From positions 967-64,966 of the forward strand of contig JAAYFG010000055.1 in NCBI GenBank assembly GCA_012728335.1: a stretch of DNA of 64,000 nt, given 5' to 3'. This document shows, piece by piece, positions 9,579 through 18,846 of the stretch (within the stretch, counting starts at the first letter, position 1; every line of letters starts with the position of its first letter). The notes below the pieces were generated by a model. The model saw only the letters and a list, made by a program, of their open reading frames with translations, did not search any database and was not told where the DNA came from. The DNA is from Tissierellia bacterium. Lineage in GTDB: Bacteria > Bacillota > Clostridia > Tissierellales > Peptoniphilaceae. The position numbers and the translations under genes were made by a program.

Positions 9579-9605
9579 TGACGTACATGGGGAGGCGATA
9601 TTACG

Positions 9606-10832
9606 ATGCGTAAAAATGTATGGTCAAAAGATTTTACACTCATTATTATTGGTACTGTTATTTCCGCCATCGGTGGAGTAGCCATGGGAGTTCCGCTAAG
9701 TCTATACATATTTGATGAAACTGGCTCAGCATTTTTATCAAGTATATTATTTATTAGCGCATTTATTCCACAGACTATTTTACCAGTACTAGTTGCCCCA
9801 ATCATAGATAGATCAAGAAAGAAAAAGTTTATAGTAGGTCTTGACTATCTAATGGGAACCATATATATACTAACGGCTATAATAGTTAGAAATATTGGTT
9901 TTCACTTTGCGTTTTATATGGCTTTAAACTTTGTATTTGGCGCTATAAACACCGTCTATCAACTAGCGTACCAATCATGGTTTCCAGACTTAATACCAGA
10001 GGGATTTGAACAACAAGGGTTTTCGGTATCATCATCTATATATCCGTCAATAATTATAGTGATGTCTCCGTTTGCGACGTATTTGTACAGTATTTGGCAT
10101 ATGTCTAGCCTATTTCTATTAGTTGGCGTATTAATGATTATAGCGGCTAGTTTTGAATTATTAATAAGCAATACATATAGAAATACTATTGCGGAGAAAT
10201 TTAGTTTTGATGACTATAAGAAGGACTTGTTAGATGGAATAAGATTCATTAAGGAAGAAGCAGGAATTAGAAATATCTATTCATATATGTGCGTTTCCAA
10301 TGGCGTGGCAAATGGTAGTTCAATTCTTATTCAGTCTCATTTTCAGACATCAAGTTCTCTTACACTGACGATGCTTGCGTTTCTAAAGAGCATTGAAATG
10401 GTGGGGAGAATTATAGCAGGTTTTATACAGTATAAAATAGTGATTCCTCCAAAGAAAAGATATGGAATTACCAAATTTGTATATATTTTCTATGACATAA
10501 TGGATGGAATATTATTATTTTTACCATATCCATTGATGATGATAAATAGGTTTCTTGCTGGATTCGCAGGAATGACTTCAGCAACGGTGAGGGAAACTGC
10601 TATTCAAGCTTATTTACCACCAGATGTAAGGGCAAAAGTAAATGCACTTTTTAGCGTTGCCGTTTCAATGTCAATTATACTATTTCAATTAATAGCTGGA
10701 AGTATGGGAGATTTAATAGGATTTAGAATTTCTACAGTAATTCTTGCATTGATTACTCTAGTTGGAGTTATTATTTTCATAATAAAACCTACTGAAATCA
10801 ACAAGAAAGTATATGAAAGTTCAAGAGTGTAA
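9606..10832 (+). CDS. MFS transporter
   Basis: About 12 hydrophobic segments, 408 aa. GGGGAGG SD. Confidence 0.65.
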   Translation: MRKNVWSKDFTLIIIGTVISAIGGVAMGVPLSLYIFDETGSAFLSSILFISAFIPQTILPVLVAPIIDRSRKKKFIVGLDYLMGTIYILTAIIVRNIGFHFAFYMALNFVFGAINTVYQLAYQSWFPDLIPEGFEQQGFSVSSSIYPSIIIVMSPFATYLYSIWHMSSLFLLVGVLMIIAASFELLISNTYRNTIAEKFSFDDYKKDLLDGIRFIKEEAGIRNIYSYMCVSNGVANGSSILIQSHFQTSSSLTLTMLAFLKSIEMVGRIIAGFIQYKIVIPPKKRYGITKFVYIFYDIMDGILLFLPYPLMMINRFLAGFAGMTSATVRETAIQAYLPPDVRAKVNALFSVAVSMSIILFQLIAGSMGDLIGFRISTVILALITLVGVIIFIIKPTEINKKVYESSRV

Positions 10833-10848
10833 ATAAAACAAAAAAACC

Positions 10849-10881
10849 AAGGCAAATTGTCAATGTACAGTTTGCCTTTTT
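10849..10881 (+). terminator. Rho-independent terminator
   Basis: AAGGCAAA...TTTGCCTT stem plus T-run. Confidence 0.75.
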
Positions 10882-10949
10882 AGATCATGAAGCTAAATAA
10901 TTTAAGAGAGATGTGCATTATGATAGAATTTTGGATATGAGGTGATAAT

Positions 10950-11453
10950 ATGAAAAAGATACTTAAATTACCATTGTATTTGCTCATAGCAGGAATAATA
11001 TATAGATTTATAACTATGACGAGTATAAGATTTTTGATGAGTATTTATGGACCGCAGTCAGACAAGGTTATGAAGTATTTTGAATACATATCAATAATAG
11101 CATTTTTAATCATATTTGTATTTATTGGCCTTATGGTTAGAAAGAACTATAATATGAAAGAGTGTTTTCAGTCAATTACATTGGTATTTGTATATACTCT
11201 TGTAATGGTAGGGGTAGAGCGACTGTTATACAGTAGTAGCAATTGGGAGTTAGGTATTAAAATTTCTATGTATATGTTTATGCCGACAGAAATATTCCAT
11301 ATACCATATAATTTTATTGCAAATTACATACGTATATTAAATTATAGTGAAATAGGCATATTTGCCGTAGTTTTAAATAATGCATTAATTTATAGCTTTT
11401 TACTATTCATAAAAGGAAATAGAACTATAGACAAATATAAAATAGAGTATTAG
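10950..11453 (+). CDS. Hypothetical polytopic membrane protein
   Basis: 167-aa ORF with several hydrophobic segments. GAGGTGA SD. Confidence 0.5.
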   Translation: MKKILKLPLYLLIAGIIYRFITMTSIRFLMSIYGPQSDKVMKYFEYISIIAFLIIFVFIGLMVRKNYNMKECFQSITLVFVYTLVMVGVERLLYSSSNWELGIKISMYMFMPTEIFHIPYNFIANYIRILNYSEIGIFAVVLNNALIYSFLLFIKGNRTIDKYKIEY

Positions 11454-11457
11454 TTTG

Positions 11458-11488
11458 AAGCAGACCATAAAGTATTGGTCTGCTTTTG
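11458..11488 (+). terminator. Rho-independent terminator
   Basis: AAGCAGACCA...TGGTCTGCTT stem plus TTTT. Confidence 0.8.
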
Positions 11489-11569
11489 TATGTGGAAAAT
11501 GCAGTTAGACGATATGAATATAAGAATTAGACATAGTGATAAATAAAAAAAGTAGGCGACTGCCTACTC

Positions 11570-12226
11570 TTAAACTATATATACGAATCCAATAAAATGT
11601 GAAATTGCAGCTATAAGTACGAAGAAATGCCAAATTACATGGTGATATTTTAGTTTGTCGTATTTATAGAAAAAAGTTCCTGCAGTATACACTACTCCGC
11701 CAAAAACTAACCAAAAAACTAGTTGTGGTGGGAAAGTATTAATTATAGGTTTTATCAAAAATACAGCTAACCATCCCATACCTATATAGATGATTGTAGA
11801 AAGCATTTTGAATTTATCGTAGTTCTTGTAGCTTACAATTTTATAAATCGTTCCTAGAAGGGCTATGGACCAAATAACAGCCATAAACACTATACGTGGA
11901 GTGCCTTCTAACGCCAATAGTATTACAGGAGTAAAACTTCCTGCGATGAAATAGTATATGGAAATATGGTCGAAAACTCTGAGAATTCTCTTAGCTTTAG
12001 GATTCTGTACTCCATGGTAAATAGTGCTCATTAGAAACATTAGAATAAAACAAGCTCCATAAATTGAAAAACCAACTACAGCTAACAAATTTTCAGATTT
12101 GACATTTGCTGCTACTAAATATATTAGAAAACCTATCCCCAATAACACACCTAGTCCATGAGAAATAGTGTTCCAAATCTCTATTTTTGAATCATACTTC
12201 TTATTAATAGTAATTTCACTGCCCAT
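11570..12226 (-). CDS. Hemolysin III / PAQR family channel protein
   Basis: Seven-TM protein with DHISIYYFIAGSFTP and HHVIWHFFVL motifs. Start moved to MGSEI, which has a GAGGTG SD. The longer ORF start at 12292 lacks an SD. Confidence 0.75.
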   Translation of the reverse strand: MGSEITINKKYDSKIEIWNTISHGLGVLLGIGFLIYLVAANVKSENLLAVVGFSIYGACFILMFLMSTIYHGVQNPKAKRILRVFDHISIYYFIAGSFTPVILLALEGTPRIVFMAVIWSIALLGTIYKIVSYKNYDKFKMLSTIIYIGMGWLAVFLIKPIINTFPPQLVFWLVFGGVVYTAGTFFYKYDKLKYHHVIWHFFVLIAAISHFIGFVYIV

Positions 12227-12344
12227 TATCAACACCTCGCATCTAGTAATTGTTACTAGATACATAATATCACTAAAGTTAAATATTTGCAATACTAATA
12301 GTTGTTATTAATTGAAGAAAAGGGTATATAAAAGTTGAGGTGAT

Positions 12345-12854
12345 ATGATGAAAAAGATAGGTATTTTAATAGAGAACCAATTTGATGAACAAGAGTTGAT
12401 TTATCCTTATCACAGATTGAGAGAAGACTATGAAGTCATCTTAATAGGAAGTCAAGCTGGAGTAGAGTATGCAGGTAAGACTGGACTAAAAATGAAGAGC
12501 GACATTGCTTCAAGCGATGTAGATTATAGAGAACTTTCTGGTTTAGTTATCCCAGGAGGATTTTCACCTGATTTCATGAGAAGAACTCAAGCTACCAAAG
12601 ATTTAGTTAAAGAGTTAGATGAAGCTAAAACTCCAATGGCTGCTATTTGCCATGGACCTTGGATGTTTGCTTCGAGTGCAGAAATAGCGGGAAAAGACAT
12701 GACTTCATTTTTTGCAATAAAAGATGATTTAAAGAATGCAGGAGCTAATTGGGTGGATAAAGAAGTTGTTGTATCGGGACACTTAGTAACGTCAAGAACT
12801 CCTAAAGATTTGCCTATATTTATTAAGACGTTTATAGAGCTAGTTGAAGAATAA
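12345..12854 (+). CDS. DJ-1/PfpI family intracellular protease/deglycase (start 12345 or 12348)
   Basis: Nucleophile-elbow motif AICHGPW. About 169 aa, typical of the PfpI family. Confidence 0.75.
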   Translation: MMKKIGILIENQFDEQELIYPYHRLREDYEVILIGSQAGVEYAGKTGLKMKSDIASSDVDYRELSGLVIPGGFSPDFMRRTQATKDLVKELDEAKTPMAAICHGPWMFASSAEIAGKDMTSFFAIKDDLKNAGANWVDKEVVVSGHLVTSRTPKDLPIFIKTFIELVEE

Positions 12855-12892
12855 AAAAAGTCGTGAGTCATTATGCTCACGACTTTATATTT
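12853..12892. terminator. Bidirectional terminator between convergent genes
   Basis: AAAGTCGTGAG...CTCACGACTTT stem flanked by an A-run and a T-run. Confidence 0.7.
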
Positions 12893-12901
12893 TAGTTGTA
12901 A

Positions 12902-13879
12902 TTATGCGTCTAAACTTTGTGCTGCTGTTAATAGTGCAAGTTTGTAAACATCCTCTTCAGAACAACCTCTTGAAAGGTCATTAACTGGACTGTTTAAACC
13001 TTGAAGTATTGGACCAACTGCTTCATATCCACCAAGTCTTTGAGCAATTTTATATCCAATATTACCTGCTTCAAGAGAAGGGAATACAAAAGCATTTGCT
13101 TTTCCAGCTACTTCTGAATTTGGAGCTTTAGATTTACCAACTGACGGTACATATGCAGCGTCAAATTGTAACTCACCATCAATTAATAGTTCTGGATTTC
13201 TTTCTTTTGCTAATTTTGTAGCTTCTTCAACTCTAGTTACTTCTTCTGATGCAGCTGAACCTTTAGAAGAGAAACTAAGCATTGCAATCCTAGGTTCAAT
13301 TCCAAATTGCCTTGCTGTAGTATTACTTAAAATAGCAGTTTCTGCCAAGTCGTTAGCATCTGGTGCAATATTGATTGCGCAGTCAGCAAATACAAGGATT
13401 TCATCACCTTTAGATAGGAACATAACTCCTGAAGTCTTTTTAAATCCTTCTTTCATTTTAATGATTTGAAGAGCCGGTCTAACGGTGTCACCAGTTGAAC
13501 GGGTAGCTCCAGAAACCAATCCGTCTGCTTTGCCAGTAAACACTAGCATAGTTCCTAAATAGTTAGTATCTTCGTTTAGAAGTTTACTTGCACCAGCTTC
13601 ATCAATTTTACCTTTTCTTCTTTCTACAAAGCTATTTACCAATGCATCCATTTCAGCATATTCAGCTGGATCAATTATTTCAAGGCCTGAAATATCAAAA
13701 CCTTTTTCATTAGCTAAAGCACTGATTTCAGCTTTATTTCCCAATACTATAGGATGAACTATTTTATCGTTATGAAGTCTAACACAAGCTCCTAGAACTC
13801 TTTCATCATTTCCTTCTGGAAATACGATTTTTAGTCCTTTCCCATTGATTTTTTCATTAACCGTTTTAAATAAATCCAT
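12902..13879 (-). CDS. pta: Phosphate acetyltransferase
   Basis: MDLFKTVNEKINGKGLKIVFPEGNDERVLGA N-terminus and overall Pta-like sequence (about 325 aa). GGAGGT SD before ATG 13879. The longer ORF start at 13948 was rejected. Confidence 0.85.
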   Translation of the reverse strand: MDLFKTVNEKINGKGLKIVFPEGNDERVLGACVRLHNDKIVHPIVLGNKAEISALANEKGFDISGLEIIDPAEYAEMDALVNSFVERRKGKIDEAGASKLLNEDTNYLGTMLVFTGKADGLVSGATRSTGDTVRPALQIIKMKEGFKKTSGVMFLSKGDEILVFADCAINIAPDANDLAETAILSNTTARQFGIEPRIAMLSFSSKGSAASEEVTRVEEATKLAKERNPELLIDGELQFDAAYVPSVGKSKAPNSEVAGKANAFVFPSLEAGNIGYKIAQRLGGYEAVGPILQGLNSPVNDLSRGCSEEDVYKLALLTAAQSLDA

Positions 13880-14100
13880 AATTACCTCCAATAAGTTTTT
13901 TGTTATCACACTTAGATACATTTTATATCTTAGAAAAAGAAATATCAACCTATTGGAGAAAATATATCAAATATGTTTTCAGGAACAATAAATGACACGC
14001 TGTACTATGCTAAATCACTGACTATTTATGTGAAAACGCTTTACTTTTTTATCATATAGGATATAATTAAGTTAATAATTAAATAAGGAGGAGATATATT

Positions 14101-15417
14101 ATGATGAACCCTGTAATTATTTCGGTTCTAGTGATGTCTGCACTTTGTCTGCTGAAGGTAAACGTTATGATTTCTATTTTAATAGCAGCAGTAGTAGCGG
14201 GTCTTATGTCACCTGAATTCGGAATCGGCATCAAAGAAAGAGTTATCAATACATTTGGAACTCTTATCGGTGGTATGGGTGGAAACTCAGAAACGGCATT
14301 ATCTTATGTATTATTAGGTAGTTTAGCAACAGCAATTAGTATGACAGATCTAGTAAGTTTACTAGCGATTAACATTGGAAATCTTATCAAAGACAAGAGA
14401 AAGCTTTTAGTATTAGCTCTTGCTGGAATCGCTTGTTTTTCACAAAACCTAGTTCCTATACATATTGCATTTATTCCAATATTGATTCCACCACTACTAA
14501 GCGTTATGAACAATTTAAAAATTGACAGACGTGCAGTTGCGTGTGCTCTTACTTTTGGACTTAAAGCACCTTACTTAACACTTCCATTTGGATTTGGTGC
14601 CATATTCCATGGTATTGTAGCAGGATCGCTTACTGACAATGGTGTAGACTTTGCAATGAACCAAGTTTGGAAAGCAACTATTATTCCTGGACTTGGAATG
14701 GTAGTAGGACTATTCTTAGCAGTATTCGTATTCTTTGCTAAACCTAGAGAATATGAAGACAGATCGCACATAGAAATGGGCGAAACAAAACAATTTGGTA
14801 GAAAAGAAGTTGGAGCATTAATTGGTCTTATAGCAACATTTGCAGCTCAATTATTCTTCGACCAATCACTTCCAATAGGAGCTTTAGTAGGTCTAGTAGT
14901 TATGACTATATTTGGCGTATTTAAAGTTTCTGAACTTGATGATGTTATTGCAGGTGGTATTAAACTAATGGGCTTTATCGCGTTTGTAATGTTAGTTGCA
15001 GCAGGATATGGTGCAGTTATCAGAGCAACAGGCGGAGTAGAAACATTAGTAGCTAACAGTGCTGCAATCATTGGTGGAAGCAAATTAGTTGGAGCGTTTG
15101 TAATGTTACTAATTGGTTTAGTTATCACTATGGGTATCGGTACTTCTTTTGGTACTATCCCAGTTATTGCAACTATTTATGTTCCACTTGGATTAGAATT
15201 AGGATTCACTCCTATGGCTATTGCTTGTTTAGTAGCAGTTGCAGGAGCGTTAGGAGACGCTGGATCACCAGCATCAGACTCTACATTAGGACCTACATCA
15301 GGACTTAATGCTGACGGACAACATGATCACATTAGAGATACATGTATTCCTACATTCATCTGCTATAATATTCCATTGATTATTTCTGGAGTAATAGCAG
15401 CAGTATTCGTACTATAA
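14101..15417 (+). CDS. Na+/H+ antiporter-family (NhaC/YuiF-like) membrane transporter
   Basis: 438-aa polytopic protein resembling the YuiF/NhaC superfamily by eye. AGGAGG SD. Substrate unknown. Confidence 0.5.
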   Translation: MMNPVIISVLVMSALCLLKVNVMISILIAAVVAGLMSPEFGIGIKERVINTFGTLIGGMGGNSETALSYVLLGSLATAISMTDLVSLLAINIGNLIKDKRKLLVLALAGIACFSQNLVPIHIAFIPILIPPLLSVMNNLKIDRRAVACALTFGLKAPYLTLPFGFGAIFHGIVAGSLTDNGVDFAMNQVWKATIIPGLGMVVGLFLAVFVFFAKPREYEDRSHIEMGETKQFGRKEVGALIGLIATFAAQLFFDQSLPIGALVGLVVMTIFGVFKVSELDDVIAGGIKLMGFIAFVMLVAAGYGAVIRATGGVETLVANSAAIIGGSKLVGAFVMLLIGLVITMGIGTSFGTIPVIATIYVPLGLELGFTPMAIACLVAVAGALGDAGSPASDSTLGPTSGLNADGQHDHIRDTCIPTFICYNIPLIISGVIAAVFVL

Positions 15418-15425
15418 TTTAACAC

Positions 15426-15458
15426 AAAAAACCCTTCCTTTTCGGAAGGGTTTTATTT
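15426..15458. terminator. Rho-independent terminator (usable from both strands)
   Basis: ACCCTTCC-ttttc-GGAAGGGT stem, A-run before and T-run after. Confidence 0.8.
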
Positions 15459-15671
15459 GTTTAGTGAGAAATAGTATGCTTCTTCAATCCAATCCATCAG
15501 TTCATAATCTATTTCATCTTGGTGAGAAATAATAACATGATGGGTCCACCTATTAGGATATGGTTCCACACTGATAAAAATTCTAGGGCTATCTACTCTA
15601 TATTCCAGTCTAAAGCTTATTATAATATAGACATCAAGTCTTAAGCTTGCCTTTATAAATGGTACTATCTA
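15453..15671 (-). pseudogene. Start-less 72-codon open frame resembling the C-terminus of a DUF5655-like protein. Probable gene remnant.
   Basis: My own translation of the minus strand: IVPFIKASLRLDVYIIISFRLEYRVDSPRIFISVEPYPNRWTHHVIISHQDEIDYELMDWIEEAYYFSLNK-stop. It is bounded upstream by TAG and has no ATG/GTG/TTG near the 5' end. Confidence 0.3.
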
Positions 15672-15716
15672 TAAACACTTTCACCTTTATTAATGATAGG
15701 GTTGAATGAACGTCTT

Positions 15717-16148
15717 TTAGATATCGGAATTCTCCCACATCGCAACTCTATCTTCAAAACTTACCACAGTGTGAATTTCATGTAGCATCCACATATATCC
15801 AAAAGGGTCTTTGAATACAGAATTAGATACACAAAAATCTTCCATTTTAGTTAAATCTTGAATTACAGTACAGCCTGCTTTAATTGCTGCATCGTGAGTC
15901 TTGGCAATATCCTCCACTAAGACATTTAACCACATTGTTTGTGTGGTGTCAGGAGTAGGTGCAAAGAGACCAAATTCAGGATTTTCATCTAAAATATGGA
16001 ATCTAGTTCCGTAGATACTGAAAATAGCTTCATTTTGTCCAACGGGGAAGCTTGTTACCTCTATTCTTTCCACTTCAAAAATAGATTCATATAACTCCAG
16101 TGCTTTCAAACTATCTTTAACTACAAAATCAATTTCTACTCCAACCAT
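15717..16148 (-). CDS. VOC (glyoxalase/bleomycin-resistance/PhnB-like) family protein
   Basis: 143 aa with a PhnB/VOC-like pattern (FGYMWMLHE near the C-terminus). Confidence 0.6.
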   Translation of the reverse strand: MVGVEIDFVVKDSLKALELYESIFEVERIEVTSFPVGQNEAIFSIYGTRFHILDENPEFGLFAPTPDTTQTMWLNVLVEDIAKTHDAAIKAGCTVIQDLTKMEDFCVSNSVFKDPFGYMWMLHEIHTVVSFEDRVAMWENSDI

Positions 16149-16453
16149 TTATATCACTCCTTATTAGTGTTTTATGTACTTTATTATATTTGACTTATAC
16201 CAATTAATATAAGTTTCAAACTCAGGATGGAAGATAATAAGAGAAAACATACCAGTATAAACAAAACGGTATAAATTGAAGTAGTTTAATATAAATAGTG
16301 TGGAAATTAAAGTCAATATATGATATATTAATTGGGTATTCTCTTTACATAAGTAAATATGCAGTTTTGTAGTGGATATTTTTAATAATATCTTCTGCCT
16401 AAAAGTACGGGCAAATATTATTTAAAATACTTGGCAAAAATCCACTATAAGTG

Positions 16454-16482
16454 TTGACATGTTGAAATAATTGTAATAGAAT
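16454..16482 (+). promoter_or_regulatory. SigmaA-type promoter of the rplM-rpsI operon
   Basis: TTGACA 16454-16459, 17-nt spacer, TAGAAT 16477-16482. Confidence 0.6.
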
Positions 16483-16496
16483 GTCTTAGAGTGTTT

Positions 16497-16523
16497 AAAA
16501 GAAGTAGCCCGGAAACTTCTTTT
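16497..16523 (+). promoter_or_regulatory. Leader hairpin with U-run in the rplM 5' UTR (L13-leader-like attenuator candidate)
   Basis: AAAAGAAGT-agcccggaa-ACTTCTTTT. 9-bp stem followed by U-rich sequence, 38 nt before the rplM start. Confidence 0.35.
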
Positions 16524-16560
16524 ATAAACTGAATATCTTTTATAAAAGGAGGTAAGTATA

Positions 16561-16989
16561 ATGAAAAGCTACATGGCTAATGAACAAAATATTACTAGAC
16601 AATGGTATGTTATAGATGCTGAAGATAAAGTATTAGGTAGACTTGCAACTGAAATTGCAATGGTACTTAGTGGAAAAAGAAAGCCTATTTACACTCCACA
16701 TGTTGATACAGGTGATTATGTTATAGTAATTAACGCTGACAAAATCAAATTAACTGGAGATAAATGGAATCAAAAACATTATAGATACCACACAGGTTAC
16801 ATTGGAGGATTAAAGGAAGTTCCATATAATCAACTAATGGAAAAACATCCTACAAAAGCAGTGCAACTTGCTGTTAAAGGTATGATGCCTAAATCAAGAT
16901 TAGGTAGACAAATGTTAAAGAAACTTAAAGTTTATGAAGGAGCAGAGCATCCACACGAAGCGCAAACTCCAGTAAACTATGAAATATAA
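16561..16989 (+). CDS. rplM: 50S ribosomal protein L13
   Basis: Sequence [19 protein letters not shown]..., 142 aa, followed by rpsI. Confidence 0.97.
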   Translation: MKSYMANEQNITRQWYVIDAEDKVLGRLATEIAMVLSGKRKPIYTPHVDTGDYVIVINADKIKLTGDKWNQKHYRYHTGYIGGLKEVPYNQLMEKHPTKAVQLAVKGMMPKSRLGRQMLKKLKVYEGAEHPHEAQTPVNYEI

Positions 16990-17013
16990 TTGCTCAAGAG
17001 AGGAGGACTGTAA

Positions 17014-17406
17014 ATGGCTATAGAACAATATAGAGGAACAGGAAGAAGAAAAACTTCAGTAGCACAAGTTAGATTATTACCTGGCAATGGAAACATTGTT
17101 ATCAATGGTAGAGATATAGATGACTTTTTTAACTATGAAACACTAAGAGTAGTAGCTAAAGAACCATTGACGATAACTGAAACAGAAAACAAATTTGATG
17201 TTATAGTTAAAGTTGAAGGTGGTGGGTTTACAGGACAAGCTGGAGCAATAAGACATGGTATTGCTAGAGCTTTGATTGAAAACGACGCTGAACTTAGACC
17301 AGTTCTAAAAAGTGCTGGATTTTTAACAAGAGATCCAAGAATGAAAGAGAGAAAGAAATACGGACTTAAAAAAGCTCGTAAATCTCCACAATTCTCAAAA
17401 AGATAA
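17014..17406 (+). CDS. rpsI: 30S ribosomal protein S9
   Basis: [12 protein letters not shown]... and C-terminal [12 protein letters not shown], 130 aa. Confidence 0.97.
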   Translation: MAIEQYRGTGRRKTSVAQVRLLPGNGNIVINGRDIDDFFNYETLRVVAKEPLTITETENKFDVIVKVEGGGFTGQAGAIRHGIARALIENDAELRPVLKSAGFLTRDPRMKERKKYGLKKARKSPQFSKR

Positions 17407-17421
17407 GAATTTGTATATTCA

Positions 17422-17459
17422 AGAACATTGGAAACACCAACTTCCAATGTTCTTTTTTT
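17422..17459 (+). terminator. Rho-independent terminator of rplM-rpsI
   Basis: 12-bp stem AGAACATTGGAA...TTCCAATGTTCT plus a T7 run. Confidence 0.85.
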
Positions 17460-17750
17460 GTCTTGAAATAGAGTATAAGACTTAATTGTTGGGATACATA
17501 ATTTACCATAGTAAATTTGATGAGTTAGTTAAGTAAGAGGTAAGAGTTTAAGGCATAAAATAATGTTTCTAAATTTTTATAGCATAAATTTAATTTAAAG
17601 TGTTTTTTGTCCATGATTTAAGAAATTGTTTTCCCAATAATGAAAATTGTTATTAAATGGCTTTAAAAAGGGAAAGAATAGTAAAAATGATGTAAATTTA
17701 TGTCGTCTTTATGAACGGAGTATGTTATAATAATGGCTAGAGGTGAATAG

Positions 17751-18836
17751 ATGTTTAAGGATGTCCTTGTAAAAACACTTTTGGGTAATGATTTTAAAGA
17801 AAAGATACACTTTAACGCCCAAAAGTGTTTGAGAAATAACAATTTCAAAGACAAATGCACTAAATGCAAAGACATTTGCCCTGAAAAGGCAATTGAAAAT
17901 TTAAATAGTTCAGTTAAAATTGATGAGATTTTATGTACAGGTTGTGGTTACTGTGTAACTGAGTGTTATAGTAGAAGCCTGTCTATGAAATCTAATTTTT
18001 ATGCTAAGGCATATTTAGGTATTTTCAATTCTGTGGAAAGTACTTATAGCTGTTTAAAGAAACCAGGTGATTATGGAATAAATGGTTGTTTTAGACTGAT
18101 GGATTACAAATTTTTAAGTGCTTACAAGGCGACTGGCGTTGATCATAATTTGATATTAGACTTATCGGAATGTGATGATTGTATGTATAAGAATTTGAAT
18201 GAAGATTTTGAAAAGGATATAGAGAAGATTTTCTTAAACTCTGAAAATGGACCACGTGTTACTTTGGTTAATGAAATTAAAGTGGAAGACACAACTGATT
18301 CTCCAGTTAGTCGACGTGAGTTCTTGGAAGTTTTTAAGAACAAGGGAACTGTGGTTAAAGACAATTTTCTTAATGATTTCGTTGAACAGTTTGAGTTCCT
18401 TAATGAAGGGGAGACATATAGAGATGATTTAAATCGTGTAGTATATGCTCTACTCAAATCTAGAGATGATATTGAAAAATATATTGATTCAAATGAATAC
18501 ATTTTTACTCCATCTATTAACCAGAATTGCACAATGTGTAGAATGTGTATTAATCTTTGCCCAAATGGAGCATTGAAAATAGAAACTGTAAATGGTGAAA
18601 GTTCTATTTTACTAGACAGTTCAAAATGTAGTTTTTGTGGACTCTGCATTGAAAAATGTGGTGACAATGCAATAACTAAAGGAGTATTTAAAGGCTTTGA
18701 TGTATTTACAATACATACAAAAGGTGTACAAAAGTGTAAACTATGTAGGTCAAAAGTCACTAAACTAAATGCGAATGGTTTATGTGATACATGCTTTATA
18801 CGAGAGAGAAACAGAAAAACAAAAATAAATTTGTAG
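17751..18836 (+). CDS. Cytoplasmic multi-cluster 4Fe-4S ferredoxin-domain protein (361 aa); first gene of the molybdoenzyme operon
   Basis: Motifs C-x9-CTKCKDICP, CTGCGYCVTEC, CTMCRMCINLCP and CSFCGLCIEKC, plus C-terminal CKLC-x13-CDTC. No signal peptide or TM segment. GAGGTG SD. Confidence 0.7.
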   Translation: MFKDVLVKTLLGNDFKEKIHFNAQKCLRNNNFKDKCTKCKDICPEKAIENLNSSVKIDEILCTGCGYCVTECYSRSLSMKSNFYAKAYLGIFNSVESTYSCLKKPGDYGINGCFRLMDYKFLSAYKATGVDHNLILDLSECDDCMYKNLNEDFEKDIEKIFLNSENGPRVTLVNEIKVEDTTDSPVSRREFLEVFKNKGTVVKDNFLNDFVEQFEFLNEGETYRDDLNRVVYALLKSRDDIEKYIDSNEYIFTPSINQNCTMCRMCINLCPNGALKIETVNGESSILLDSSKCSFCGLCIEKCGDNAITKGVFKGFDVFTIHTKGVQKCKLCRSKVTKLNANGLCDTCFIRERNRKTKINL

Positions 18837-18846
18837 GAGGTATATT

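Noticed and set aside
18143-18760. Long antisense ORFs in the track (for example 18143..18760, 28737..29228, 46948..47505, 5183..5512, 35271..35603)
   Set aside because: They lie entirely within well-supported genes on the opposite strand. They have Ser/Leu/Ile/Phe-rich shadow-frame composition, no SD and no recognisable motifs.
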